Positions 10,251 through 20,360 of a DNA stretch of 64,000 nucleotides are shown piece by piece; the stretch's first letter is position 1; every line of letters begins with the position of its first letter. Origin of the DNA: a virus. A program made the translations under genes and the position numbers. The notes under the pieces were generated by a model. The model saw nothing but the letters and a program-made list of their open reading frames with translations. It was not told the origin of the DNA and did no database searches. The DNA lies in the IMG/VR virus record IMGVR_UViG_3300018080_005856, positions 1 through 64,000 of that record; one strand, given 5' to 3'.

Positions 10251-12152
10251 CTAATCTCCCACTAATTTCCGCTTGACATTCTTCAGGGTCAAGTTCCATT
10301 CTATCTGTTCCTCTACCGTATCTACAACAATCTTCTCATCTGCCCATCCTATCTTTGTTATAAGAAATGTGAACGGTTCATATGTAGTAGTTGCCCCAGC
10401 ATTAGGCTTATATTTCCTGGTTATTATCTGTTGGTCTATATCTCCACTAGAGTCAGTCAGCTCATCGAATACTGGAGAGTCGACTAAAATATCTTGGTCC
10501 TGACTCCAACACCTTATTCTCACATCCTCAAGGGCAGTACCTTCCTCATTTGTTATATTAATATCAACAGTATATTGTTCATAATAGAATGTAGTTGCCC
10601 AAAATCCTGACCATACGCTCAAATTGACAGCGCCAGGATTAATTATGTATTTATTACCACCATCCACAAAAGAGAATGCTTCAGCAGGAGCAGATAGTAA
10701 AGACAGGTCATAGATTTCTGGATTAGCCTGACCGCTGTTCAGAAAGTATAACCCGTAACTCTGACCTCCAGCACGAATCTGATCGAATAAGATTGCTGCC
10801 GAAGCTGGATTTATACTTCCTAAACTGGCAAGAACATCTCTCCAATGTAACGTATTCCCTGAAGGTGCCCCGAAAGAGAACTGATTTACCATAGTAGTTT
10901 CATAAGTATCATCTGGTCTTTTAATGGGAGTAACTGTTAGCCTTTCAACACTCAAGTTATCGTATCCAGTAATCTTCGATAGTTGAGTTGAAAATGCTGT
11001 CATATGACCGTAAATAGTAGGGCAAATACACATACTATCAAATAATTGTCCCATGCACCGAATAGTAGAACCTTCGGCTATAAACTCCGGTCTTGCTATT
11101 TGTCCTCGCCCTGACATGAACATGGACTCATAAGTAGCGGTTCCACAGACAAACAATGATCCTTCACAAATCATTGTTTCATTCTTAGTAATACAAACAG
11201 TTCTTGCAGTCTGCTCAACATCGCCAAGATATATTTGACAATCGAAATAATACCTGCCATTAACAAGGCTCGAATATCCCCATCCATTTGCCTGGTCTGC
11301 ATCATATATAGCCTTAAACAAGGCATCATCCACATTATAAATGCTTGTTGTAGCTGTATGAGTAGATATTGTACTGCCAGCATATCCTCTTAAACAATAC
11401 AGGAAGTTATTTGTTGCATCGAGATACAGTACCAGCATGTATTCGGAATCAATCTTTATAACACCGCCAAGTTCAAAATCAGCATCCGCATCAGTTACTT
11501 CAAGACCAAGCATATATACTATTGTACCATTAGTATGCTCAGCTTTCTCTGTACCCCACCATCCTCGACTTGTTGTAAGAGTATTACCTGCCTTATTTGT
11601 AACCTGCATTATTTCATCATCAATAAGAATCCATTGCCCTTTCTTTATATTCGTGGCATTTACGACATCAATCGCTGTCTCAGTTGCATCAACAAACTCA
11701 TTTAAAGTTGTTCCGCTTAATACTGCTCCATAATCTCCTGTAGCACCCATTCCTGTTACAAGATCTGAAGTTGAATCTGTTTCACTTGATCCATTTACCC
11801 ATATTGTATTTATATCAGAACTATCTGACTCTCCACCTGAATCAAGAGTAGCCTGTCCTCCGCTGCTAAAATCAACAATCTCGCCTGTTGGAGTAAAAGT
11901 ACCAGAAAGGACAACAAACCAAATACCGTTTAAATCTCCAAGAAACCCGACTTGCCCTTGTAAAACCTGCCCCTTAGCTCCTGAAGTCCTGCCTGTTATT
12001 AAGTCACCGACATTCCAATCTCCTGATACGCTCCCAACATCCCATTTCTTATGGGTGTTTGGTGTATTGGTTATTGTATAACCAGCAGAGTACACAGGTA
12101 ACCCCATACTTTTAGCTCCACCAGTTGCCCATCCTTTACTTGCAGTAATCAT
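10251..12152 (-). CDS. Virion structural protein (633 aa)
   Basis: Two copies of I.ID.E.M.V...RG..G.....H, a domain common in phage structural proteins. Operon context. Confidence 0.65.
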   Translation of the reverse strand: MITASKGWATGGAKSMGLPVYSAGYTITNTPNTHKKWDVGSVSGDWNVGDLITGRTSGAKGQVLQGQVGFLGDLNGIWFVVLSGTFTPTGEIVDFSSGGQATLDSGGESDSSDINTIWVNGSSETDSTSDLVTGMGATGDYGAVLSGTTLNEFVDATETAIDVVNATNIKKGQWILIDDEIMQVTNKAGNTLTTSRGWWGTEKAEHTNGTIVYMLGLEVTDADADFELGGVIKIDSEYMLVLYLDATNNFLYCLRGYAGSTISTHTATTSIYNVDDALFKAIYDADQANGWGYSSLVNGRYYFDCQIYLGDVEQTARTVCITKNETMICEGSLFVCGTATYESMFMSGRGQIARPEFIAEGSTIRCMGQLFDSMCICPTIYGHMTAFSTQLSKITGYDNLSVERLTVTPIKRPDDTYETTMVNQFSFGAPSGNTLHWRDVLASLGSINPASAAILFDQIRAGGQSYGLYFLNSGQANPEIYDLSLLSAPAEAFSFVDGGNKYIINPGAVNLSVWSGFWATTFYYEQYTVDINITNEEGTALEDVRIRCWSQDQDILVDSPVFDELTDSSGDIDQQIITRKYKPNAGATTTYEPFTFLITKIGWADEKIVVDTVEEQIEWNLTLKNVKRKLVGD

Positions 12153-12673
12153 TAGTCTTTAGTCACCTTATACTCTGTGCATTCCACTCCGCTAAAAGTG
12201 GCTTCTATGGTATATGTAGCAATTGCATTTGTATCATTGTCTGCATCAGTTGCAGTTGGATATATTTTCACTTTTGCATCAGTCATGTTCCCGCCCGAAT
12301 CATAAGTTTGATCATATATCCTGAAGTTCTCCTGAGCAAGACCAAGCGCACGAACAACGTTAGTATGAACAGTTGAAATATCTGCATCGAAGACCTGATG
12401 GTTATTCCCCTTCCCTTCTGGAAAGTGCGTGGCATGAATAATCATCAAAAACCAGAGTCCATTCGCATTAGGAGTATAACTTGCCCTATAATCACCATTG
12501 CCAAGCTCTGTTATAGAAACTGTAATTGACCCGCTGACTTCAGTACCTGAAGGATTATATAGTCTTATTGTAAAGTCTCCGGCGACAAGCCCAGTTACCG
12601 CAACATCACTTGAATCGACTACCCTGAAATCATCATATATCGTTGAATCTTTTACTCCGGTTATTGACCCCAT
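12152..12673 (-). CDS. Virion structural protein, Ig-like
   Basis: ITELGNGDYRASYTP beta-sandwich pattern. Coupled to its neighbours. Confidence 0.6.
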   Translation of the reverse strand: MGSITGVKDSTIYDDFRVVDSSDVAVTGLVAGDFTIRLYNPSGTEVSGSITVSITELGNGDYRASYTPNANGLWFLMIIHATHFPEGKGNNHQVFDADISTVHTNVVRALGLAQENFRIYDQTYDSGGNMTDAKVKIYPTATDADNDTNAIATYTIEATFSGVECTEYKVTKD

Positions 12674-12675
12674 TA

Positions 12676-12978
12676 CTACCTCTCAATTACTTTCGGTTCA
12701 GACTCCATCACAGAAATATTCTGTAACTCTGCCTTCCTTTTCTCCAAAAGTTCTATCTTTTTATCTATTACTTCGATATCTTCTATATCACTGAAATCCT
12801 CTTCTGGTTCTATTGAAAAGAAAGACCTTGCTTCTTCTTCGCTATCAAAATATGTCCAACCATCTACAGGATATTTATACTTGTCCTTCTCTTTAATATT
12901 CAGAGTGTACTCGCTGCTAAACACTTCATTCGGAGCATGTAATAATTTATCGTTCTCTAATTTGTAGAATCCGCTCAT
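12676..12978 (-). CDS. Hypothetical protein (tail-fibre chaperone-like)
   Basis: Follows the LRR gene directly. GFYK...YPVDGWTYFDSEEEA. Confidence 0.6.
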   Translation of the reverse strand: MSGFYKLENDKLLHAPNEVFSSEYTLNIKEKDKYKYPVDGWTYFDSEEEARSFFSIEPEEDFSDIEDIEVIDKKIELLEKRKAELQNISVMESEPKVIER

Positions 12979-14534
12979 TAGTAAACTCCGGTCCAGCCCT
13001 TGTTTGTAAGAGCCTTTTTATCATCAGCAGTCAAGTCCGCAGTTCCCCAATTTCCTGTCAGGGTCAGAGTTGCCGATCCCCTTCCTGCAAATGTCGGATG
13101 TGCCGCTCCCTGATCTGCCAATTTATCTGCATTGCCAGTTACTCCTATAATCTCCCCAAGAGTGAATGTTCCTGTTCTTGTCTTTACGGTATATGTAAAA
13201 TCCGTCAGCTTTGCCACTACTACACATGATTCTCCACTGGTTTGCCCTGTTATGACATCATCAACTTCCCAATCTGTTGCGGGAGCGACGTCTATTGTAA
13301 TGGTTTCTTCAAAATCACAGCATCCTGTTATGACATCATTCAGTTCAGCTCTTGCCATCTGGCAATTCAAGTAAGAACAATCTACACTAAGAGTTTCTTC
13401 TGCGAATGCTCCTTGTTTGAGGGAAGAACAATTTTGAAATATATTTGCAAAATTTGTTCCTGAACTGACATCAAGTTCTGGAATAACCTGAAGAGTCCAG
13501 CAAATATAAAACATCTTAGTAAAATTAGTTCCTGAACTAACGTCAAGTTCTGGAATAACCTGAAGAGCATGCGATCTTTCAAACATGCTTGTAAAATTAG
13601 TTCCTGATCCCGTATCAGGAAGTGTAACTTCTTGTAAAGAAGTACAATAATAGAACATGCTTGTAAAATCAGTCCCTGATCCTGTATCAGTAAGTGTGAC
13701 TTCTTGTAAAGAAGTACAATAATAGAACATGCTTGTAAAATCAGTCCCTGATCCTGTATCAGGCAGCGTAACTTCTTGCAAAGAAGTACACTGGTAAAAC
13801 ATATTTGCAAAATTAGTTCCTAAGGGCGTATTCAATTCAGGAACGCTTCTCAGCGAGTGGCATTGATAAAACATATTTGTAAAATTAGTTCCTAAGCTAA
13901 CATCAAGTTCTGGAATTGTTGGTAAAGAGAAACACTGGTAAAACATATATGAAAAGTCAGTCCCTGATCCTGTATCAGATAAAGAAATAGATTGTAAAGT
14001 ATAACTCTTATAAAACATATATGAGAAATCTGTTATTATACAAGTGCCAACAAAAGCAAATATTTCTAACATACCTGAATTAGAAGAATTGCCTTGGTAA
14101 AATTTACAATTTGTAATGTTTGATCCTGCGACTGCTATATCAAGCCAGCAATTTCTATAAGTTTGATTATCGCTACTATGTCGCTCATCAAAATTGATCT
14201 GCGTAAGATTACTCCCGCCCTGTGGAGTAATAGTAATTATTGCCTGTCTATATCCCCTACTGCATTCAGTTTCTGCTCCCAGGTCGGCATAGTCATAATT
14301 GTGCTCCGCAGTCACACTATCTGCAACGTTCTCAGGTGCGGAACCATCCCCCCAATCTACGGTATATGCACCTCTGCATTTTATCGCACAGAAATTGGTG
14401 TCTGTATCATAGACTGCATACAATCCGACTACTTTCTCTTCGCCGTCAGTAGGATGAGTTAAATCGAGCCAGTCCGAGGGTCTTTCATAGGCTTCAGAAC
14501 CACCAACTATTTTAGGTTTTACGCATTCTAACAT
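12978..14534 (-). CDS. BspA/DUF285-type leucine-rich-repeat surface or receptor-binding protein
   Basis: About 9 repeats of T(D/N)F..MF..C.SL....., and an N-terminal TVDWGDG PKD-like motif. Confidence 0.8.
   Translation of the reverse strand: MLECVKPKIVGGSEAYERPSDWLDLTHPTDGEEKVVGLYAVYDTDTNFCAIKCRGAYTVDWGDGSAPENVADSVTAEHNYDYADLGAETECSRGYRQAIITITPQGGSNLTQINFDERHSSDNQTYRNCWLDIAVAGSNITNCKFYQGNSSNSGMLEIFAFVGTCIITDFSYMFYKSYTLQSISLSDTGSGTDFSYMFYQCFSLPTIPELDVSLGTNFTNMFYQCHSLRSVPELNTPLGTNFANMFYQCTSLQEVTLPDTGSGTDFTSMFYYCTSLQEVTLTDTGSGTDFTSMFYYCTSLQEVTLPDTGSGTNFTSMFERSHALQVIPELDVSSGTNFTKMFYICWTLQVIPELDVSSGTNFANIFQNCSSLKQGAFAEETLSVDCSYLNCQMARAELNDVITGCCDFEETITIDVAPATDWEVDDVITGQTSGESCVVVAKLTDFTYTVKTRTGTFTLGEIIGVTGNADKLADQGAAHPTFAGRGSATLTLTGNWGTADLTADDKKALTNKGWTGVY
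13575..13800. repeat. Near-identical 72-nt tandem coding repeats within the LRR gene
   Basis: AACATGCTTGTAAAAT...CCTGATCC(T/C)GTATCAG...ACTTCTTG(T/C)AAAGAAGTACA occurs three times at a 72-nt period. Confidence 0.85.
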
Positions 14535-14626
14535 TATATCTCTATACCCCCGACAGGAATTTCCTCAATTTTGACTTTTGCTATCCTGCTTTTGATATCA
14601 TCTATAAAATAAGGCATTAAACACCC

Positions 14627-14932
14627 CTATGGAAGCGGAACTTCATCTATAGTATCTTCATCCTCATCTTCAAGGTCTGAAACGTCAGTCTGAGGAACCA
14701 TATCTGGAAAGTTCTTCTTTATCTCTTTCTCCCATTTCTTGATCTCTTTCTTTGCTTCTTTGTAATTATCCTTACCACCCATTGCCTCGTATATTATCTC
14801 ATCATAAGGTTTCTTCGGCTTCTTCAGTTGAAAGGCGACAAACTGATCCATATATGCTTGAGCAATTACTTCATCGGTAGGATCTGCACAGACAAAGTCA
14901 TTTATATTAAATACATAGTCATCTAGAAACAT
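14627..14932 (-). CDS. Hypothetical protein
   Basis: ORF in a co-oriented run. Confidence 0.65.
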   Translation of the reverse strand: MFLDDYVFNINDFVCADPTDEVIAQAYMDQFVAFQLKKPKKPYDEIIYEAMGGKDNYKEAKKEIKKWEKEIKKNFPDMVPQTDVSDLEDEDEDTIDEVPLP

Positions 14933-15308
14933 GGTGTTTCCCCAGTTGCTCTGTTACCCAATCTTCCGCGTCTTTGATCTTACTGAAGAAGAGCATTTCC
15001 TTCCCAGCCTTGTTTGCCAGTTTTGTAAGAGGGTGGTTCTTAGTATGTTTGTCAGATTTCAATACGAACGCGGTCTTGTCTGGCAACCCTCCAGATACCA
15101 ATGATCTCAATATGTCCAGCATTTCTCTAGAGGTAGTCCCGGTTATATCTACTACTGCCCTTTCATTTCTGCACGTATGTGAGAACGTTCTCAAGCCTTC
15201 CTTGGTCTTATCCCTATCAACCTTCCTCTTACCTCTGGACATATCTACGTGCATATAGTCCTTTCCGTTCTCGGTTTTCACTTTTATGTCTTTCTCTTTA
15301 TCATTCAT
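14919..15308 (-). CDS. Hypothetical protein (STAS/SpoIIAA-like pattern)
   Basis: AVVDIT...TAFV...FFSKIKDAEDWV. GGAGG RBS. Confidence 0.5.
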   Translation of the reverse strand: MNDKEKDIKVKTENGKDYMHVDMSRGKRKVDRDKTKEGLRTFSHTCRNERAVVDITGTTSREMLDILRSLVSGGLPDKTAFVLKSDKHTKNHPLTKLANKAGKEMLFFSKIKDAEDWVTEQLGKHHVSR

Positions 15309-15320
15309 ATCTCCTCCATT

Positions 15321-15539
15321 CTACCACGGTAAACCATCTGTAACCATGTGGTATTCTAGCCAGTTATAGTATTTGAGGTTCACAGTGTAAAAGGAACCAG
15401 TTTCTATCATATACGGTTCCCCTGTTTCTTCCGTAAACATTGTTCTCAATGTCTCGTGTTTCTTCTCTAGTGATAATTCTCTGGTACCCTCCAGCTTTAT
15501 CAGTTGCTCATCTATTGGGAGTGGTTTATTGTTACTCAT
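15321..15539 (-). CDS. Hypothetical protein
   Basis: ORF with RBS, overlapping the upstream stop. Confidence 0.6.
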   Translation of the reverse strand: MSNNKPLPIDEQLIKLEGTRELSLEKKHETLRTMFTEETGEPYMIETGSFYTVNLKYYNWLEYHMVTDGLPW

Positions 15540-15915
15540 CTTTCTCCTCCAGCTTTGCCACAGATTCTGGGCTTAGTTCCCCAAGTTTGAAATCATATAT
15601 ATCGTTATACAGCTCGCAGAACAGAAGTGCTATTCTAGATCTCAATAACTTCCTCAGTTTCCTCCTCTCGCTTATAGATTTTCCCCTTGCGTTCTCCTTG
15701 TGTTCTTCTATGAATTGCTCGCGTACTCTGATGAATTCCTCTGCGTATTCCTCTGATAGTAAGTTCTTACCCGCCCATGTCCATGGGTAGAAATAGTAAG
15801 TCTTGACAAATTCCCTAGTTATTTCTCTTTCTTCCCCGGTTCGTACTCTGAACTCATCTATTCTGTTCTGACAGGCCGTGAATTGTGCTAGTTGTGTCAA
15901 GCTTATGGTCCTCAT
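15532..15915 (-). CDS. Hypothetical protein
   Basis: Translationally coupled ORF. Confidence 0.65.
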   Translation of the reverse strand: MRTISLTQLAQFTACQNRIDEFRVRTGEEREITREFVKTYYFYPWTWAGKNLLSEEYAEEFIRVREQFIEEHKENARGKSISERRKLRKLLRSRIALLFCELYNDIYDFKLGELSPESVAKLEEKDE

Positions 15916-16412
15916 TATTCTTCTATGTTCCTTATAAAGTCCTCTTCTATTCTCTCTTCGGCTATTCTTTTTAGCATGTCGAGTATTGTAAGATCATATT
16001 CTTCGTCGGTCATTGGTTGATCTAATATATCCCCCAGTCTTTCCACTGCCATATTTATAAGAGTATTGGATATCAGCTGATTATACTCAGCTACCTCCTG
16101 GTCTACTTCTGGTTCGTCATCTGGTATTTTAACGAGTTGTTCATCTACTATCTCAAACCCTTCTGGGATGGTTCTATACCCCTCGTTGATCCTTTGGACT
16201 ATTGGTTTTACACTCTTGCCATCAAGCTCGTTCACGTTTAGCCCCGGGTATCCTTCGAATCCATCTGGGACCTTTATTATATTATCGTAATCCTTTACCT
16301 GTGTGCTGGATTGTACACCAACTTCGCCGTCAGAAGTATGATACACCTCTATGATAATGTCATCTTTCACAACACAATACCAGTTTGCCATATCTATGCT
16401 GTCCTCTTCCAA
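15915..16412 (-). CDS. Hypothetical protein, possibly tail-fibre assembly
   Basis: Acidic ORF directly after a tail-fibre-like gene. Confidence 0.55.
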   Translation of the reverse strand: MEEDSIDMANWYCVVKDDIIIEVYHTSDGEVGVQSSTQVKDYDNIIKVPDGFEGYPGLNVNELDGKSVKPIVQRINEGYRTIPEGFEIVDEQLVKIPDDEPEVDQEVAEYNQLISNTLINMAVERLGDILDQPMTDEEYDLTILDMLKRIAEERIEEDFIRNIEE

Positions 16413-17491
16413 ATTCTGACTAATCTATTCATAGGTCTTGTCTCATATCCTGTTCTCGGTGTTCCGTGCGAGCCATCTGTCTCTGCATCATCGGCTGTTA
16501 CTGCGGTAGCTCTGTTTCCTGTCGTATTAGCTAGACCGGTTCCACCATAGACATTAGATCCAGCTGCTGCATGCTTACTACCATCATTGTATAGGAAGTT
16601 TGTGCCGGCAGCTACTGGGTGATTATGAGTTGGATTTGTAGTAGCGTGGTGGTGGGCCATGAATGAATCTGTTTGTCTTCCATCTGTTCTATTTGTTGTC
16701 TCAGTTTCTCCGGATATTGGAGTTCCTTCTGTTCTGAAGAAACTTCCCTCTGTTTCCCATTGCTTTGCCCATGTTCCTCCAAATAACACGGCTGGTGATT
16801 TAGCATCTGGGAATGCATCTGCTGTTGTGTTTGTATTGGCATCGGGGTACTGAACGTAGAAACTTCCTACTGGGTATACTATGTTTACAACATCTGATAC
16901 TATACTGGACCATTCCGGGCATTTCCCGGGCCCGTTAGACTTCAAATAATATCCATCGTTTCCTGGAGCTATAGATACTAAATTGGCTTCTCCTGATCTA
17001 GTAAGAATTCCCCCATCTTCTTCGAATTCGTCCTTTCTGACCAGCTCTAGCAGCTCCGATTGCAATGTGGTATTTTTCACGAATCCTTCGGATATTAAAC
17101 CACTTAGGACCCGGCTATATCCCTCTTCGAAGTCAACTGTAAGAGTATCGTTTACTGTAATCAGGTATATGTTATCGTATAGGAGGCCGGTTATTCCTCC
17201 TGAGTCGTACAAAGGAGTACCAAGAGAAAGCTCACCAGATAACATGAATTTAGTCCAATCGTCTGAGCCCTGCCCATGTTTTATCCATAGTCCCGCTGGA
17301 GTTGTTTGGACCAATAATGACCCAGTAGGGGCCTGTACATCTGATGGGGCTGTTGCTATGGCGCCAACCCCTACGCTTTCACTCAGAGTGATATTCTCTG
17401 GCATATGATTGGACAGTGCAAATTCACCATAGGTTTCTGTCTCTGATGCCAGCAGGCGTAAAGCCTCATAATATCCAGGACCAAGTTTCAC
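16394..17491 (-). CDS. Tail fibre/baseplate protein with collar-like C-terminus
   Basis: VYPVGSFYVQY...PAVLFGGTW...FFR, an HHH/HNH metal motif, ETRPMN..VRIWKRTA. Confidence 0.75.
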   Translation of the reverse strand: MKLGPGYYEALRLLASETETYGEFALSNHMPENITLSESVGVGAIATAPSDVQAPTGSLLVQTTPAGLWIKHGQGSDDWTKFMLSGELSLGTPLYDSGGITGLLYDNIYLITVNDTLTVDFEEGYSRVLSGLISEGFVKNTTLQSELLELVRKDEFEEDGGILTRSGEANLVSIAPGNDGYYLKSNGPGKCPEWSSIVSDVVNIVYPVGSFYVQYPDANTNTTADAFPDAKSPAVLFGGTWAKQWETEGSFFRTEGTPISGETETTNRTDGRQTDSFMAHHHATTNPTHNHPVAAGTNFLYNDGSKHAAAGSNVYGGTGLANTTGNRATAVTADDAETDGSHGTPRTGYETRPMNRLVRIWKRTA

Positions 17492-17886
17492 TATGAGCTC
17501 CTATGACGTAAAAGTCCGCTAGCCGTCCAATTCACTGTAAAACTGCTACTGAGGGACCTTCTGTCTGTTTCAAAGTCTATGGCAGCTATTAGTCTGTTGG
17601 AATTGGATGAGTTATATATGACTGCCCACCTTGCAGTTATGCTACTGGCTGGCCATGTTACTGGGGATACTCTTAGCGTTCCATCCACGACAGTTTTACC
17701 TGTTATTCCTTTACCCCCGGCTGTATAACCGGTCCCGCTTACCTCGTATGTATCGTCGAAAACAGTATCTGATGTGTCCGGCGAATACGAGGAAGTCATA
17801 AGAGCACACATGAGATCGTCCTCTAATACCTTAGTATCTCCAGACAATGAATCATGTAGATATGAATCGAACACAATCGAAGCCAT
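17491..17886 (-). CDS. Phage structural protein
   Basis: EVSGTGYTAGG...W...ITARWAVIY, a pattern widespread in tail-region proteins. Confidence 0.7.
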   Translation of the reverse strand: MASIVFDSYLHDSLSGDTKVLEDDLMCALMTSSYSPDTSDTVFDDTYEVSGTGYTAGGKGITGKTVVDGTLRVSPVTWPASSITARWAVIYNSSNSNRLIAAIDFETDRRSLSSSFTVNWTASGLLRHRSS

Positions 17887-17893
17887 AGTTAAC

Positions 17894-18121
17894 CTACTTG
17901 TGTGCCTTTTCGTGTACTTTGTAGGTTATCCCGTCCTTGTTGTATCCGTTCCTGGATGGGCAAGCTGCCCGGGTTACCGCAGGGGGTTTCCTGAAAACTG
18001 TCTCCATTACTCCTGAACAGGTTATGTCTGGGTTACAGCACCCCTGAGGTAAGTGATCCATTGGTAACACCATTTCTTTCTCGAACCCACAAATATTACA
18101 CTTCTTGTCGTATGTTGGCAT
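17894..18121 (-). CDS. FmdB-family zinc-ribbon protein
   Basis: MPTYDKKCNICG...C...C... Confidence 0.7.
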   Translation of the reverse strand: MPTYDKKCNICGFEKEMVLPMDHLPQGCCNPDITCSGVMETVFRKPPAVTRAACPSRNGYNKDGITYKVHEKAHK

Positions 18122-18256
18122 AGTAAAATATCCTCCGATTTACATAGTCCTCTTTGGTGGCTATTTTACCATGTTAAAAGGTTATGGGGCAACTTCTGGA
18201 AGGAAAAGAAGAGGGGTTACCCCCTCTTTATTGTGCAGTTTGGATGTTTATGGCGC

Positions 18257-18688
18257 TTACTCAGTAGCAGCAGCGATCAGAGCCATGATCTCTTTGTAGA
18301 CACTGTTGGGAATGCTCATCCTTTCAAAGCTTTCGCCTTTTCCGGGTATGGGCATGCCATTGCCGTCTTTGTCAGAGACCCACTCAGATACAACAGCTCT
18401 GTGACCATTCAGCCTTGCAGGCTGGCCGGCGAGCAGTTCACCTGAATCTCTCAGTTTCTTAACCGGAGTTTGGAAGGTGATACCTGCCTTCTTGAGGGTT
18501 ATGCGGGCATTAGCAACCAGATGAGATCCTTTGGTAGGATCAGCCTGTTTACTGTTCGGGAAGATCGCGATTTGATAATCTTCAGCGTCGATTATCTTGT
18601 ATCCCTTTCCCTCACCTGTGGTGGCCTCGCGTATCTCAAATGTGAGCTTTTCCTCAGTCGGCTTGTTAACTTTCACAGAAACTTCCAT
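18257..18688 (-). CDS. Hypothetical protein, weakly SpoVG-like
   Basis: ANARITL..GITF...LLAGQP pattern. Has an RBS, an upstream motif copy and a downstream terminator. Confidence 0.45.
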   Translation of the reverse strand: MEVSVKVNKPTEEKLTFEIREATTGEGKGYKIIDAEDYQIAIFPNSKQADPTKGSHLVANARITLKKAGITFQTPVKKLRDSGELLAGQPARLNGHRAVVSEWVSDKDGNGMPIPGKGESFERMSIPNSVYKEIMALIAAATE

Positions 18689-18770
18689 GGTGCATCCTCC
18701 TTAACGAGATTTGACCCATTCTGGGCCCAGAACCTGCATCCGTAATGGATGCATATTCTTCATTTATAGA

Positions 18771-18892
18771 GAAAAAGAGGGGCGCTAGGCCCCTTAGTAT
18801 GTGAGTAGGGAATGTTTGAGGGCGAGAGGAGGGTCCCCCGCCCCGTCTTTCGACGGTATTATCTCAACAACCTCGAGTAGGTTGTTTTAAGT
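18771..18892 (-). ncRNA. Candidate ~120-nt structured sRNA
   Basis: ORF-free unit between a motif copy (18893-18906) and a terminator. Hairpins AACAACCT/AGGTTGTT, CCGTC-GAAA-GACGG and GGGCG/CGCCC. Confidence 0.55.
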
Positions 18893-18912
18893 CATTTATA
18901 AAGAAAGCCTTG

Positions 18913-19359
18913 TTATTCTTTAGGTGATGGAGTCTTTCGTTTTAGCGGTGTGACGTTGTCGGGTAGAATCTCGTCGACTACCTCATCGTTTTCGGTTATC
19001 TCCACTTTTCCCATACCGAAGCTGATATTGTCAGAGTCACCATCCCCTGACGGTTTCTGCTTTATAGATCCATCTACTATTCCCTGTACTATCCTGGATG
19101 GTTGTGTAATTCGTGCATGGGCATCAACTTTAAGGCCAGGTGCCTGGGGAGTATCTGCCCCACATGGTCCTAGCTGTACCGGTAGTCCCATAAGGAACTT
19201 TATCTGGCCTATTAGTCTACCAGATTCTGCCTTAAGCACTAACTGTGAAGGATTACAGTCCTGCTGGCTGAGCCTGATGTTCAGGTCTTCCAGCAGAACT
19301 GCCATAGATTCAAGTATTGTTCTCTCAAACTGGGCTCTCAAGAAGTCGAGTGTTTCCAT
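18913..19359 (-). CDS. Hypothetical protein
   Basis: ORF with RBS. Confidence 0.65.
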   Translation of the reverse strand: METLDFLRAQFERTILESMAVLLEDLNIRLSQQDCNPSQLVLKAESGRLIGQIKFLMGLPVQLGPCGADTPQAPGLKVDAHARITQPSRIVQGIVDGSIKQKPSGDGDSDNISFGMGKVEITENDEVVDEILPDNVTPLKRKTPSPKE

Positions 19360-19496
19360 AATCCTATTCTCCGTCCTCCGAAGTATATTATGCCAACGGA
19401 TATGATAACCGGGGTAGGCAGTAGTAGGATTCCTCCTACAACCGCCATCCTTTTCCAGTTCTTCTTATCTCGCCACCATTTCATACATTATACCTT

Positions 19497-19832
19497 TTAT
19501 AGTGCTGATTCTGCAAGGAGCTTACCTTCATCGTCAACCCCTTTCTTGCTTACCCAGACACCATCAACTACAAGGTACCATTCGTTGGTTGAGTCATCAA
19601 TGAGCCAATACACTTCGTGATCCTGTGCCAGCTTGGCAAACTTGGTAAGAGATTTTGTCCTTCTGTCGATCTTCTTCAAATTCTGGCCCAGAACTTTGAA
19701 CTTGATACCCCTCCAGCTGAACTCCGCATTTACAATCTCGGATCTGTTCTCGCTGGCGACCTCTTTTGGTGAAGTAACAAATACCTCATTTGCGAGAGGA
19801 ATGATTTCCTCTTTTAACTCTGCTTTGTTCAT
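19497..19832 (-). CDS. Hypothetical protein
   Basis: GGAGG RBS and an upstream motif copy at 19855-19868. Confidence 0.7.
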   Translation of the reverse strand: MNKAELKEEIIPLANEVFVTSPKEVASENRSEIVNAEFSWRGIKFKVLGQNLKKIDRRTKSLTKFAKLAQDHEVYWLIDDSTNEWYLVVDGVWVSKKGVDDEGKLLAESAL

Positions 19833-19908
19833 GGTCTTCCTCCATATTAATATTCGTTTGTATGGAAAAGAGCATGATTCATGTGATTTGGATTTCTGTC
19901 GGTAGGTT

Positions 19909-20346
19909 TTATTCTTTTGGTTGGTTGACAGTACTTTCCTCTATGTCCTCTTCTCTCTCCGCCATTATTTCCACCATCATGAATGATGCCAGGTCTGCCT
20001 TTTCCCTCTCCTCCTTCATCCTTTTATCGTTCCACTTCGTAGCTGCAGCAATTGCCATATCTGTATCTATGAACGAGGAAAGAAGGTCTGTCACCGGAAG
20101 TTCTATGAACCCCCTGTAGATTGCTTCCATTGCAGTAAGAGCTATTGCTGGGGCCTGGCCTTTCTTTATTGAAAATACAAGGCTATTCATAAGGTGCTGG
20201 TCGTGCATGTCTTTTACAAATAGGCTTTCACCATCTTGTGTTCTCCACCTTACGCTTTTCCAGTCAGGTCCTCTCTTATCGATAATCCTCCTAATGTATT
20301 GTAGTTCGGTACCAGAAACTAACTGCTCGTACCTTACATTAGGCAT
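19909..20346 (-). CDS. Hypothetical protein
   Basis: ORF with RBS. WRTQDG...KDMHDQHLMN motif. Confidence 0.7.
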   Translation of the reverse strand: MPNVRYEQLVSGTELQYIRRIIDKRGPDWKSVRWRTQDGESLFVKDMHDQHLMNSLVFSIKKGQAPAIALTAMEAIYRGFIELPVTDLLSSFIDTDMAIAAATKWNDKRMKEEREKADLASFMMVEIMAEREEDIEESTVNQPKE

Positions 20347-20360
20347 GTCTTTTCTCCTTA

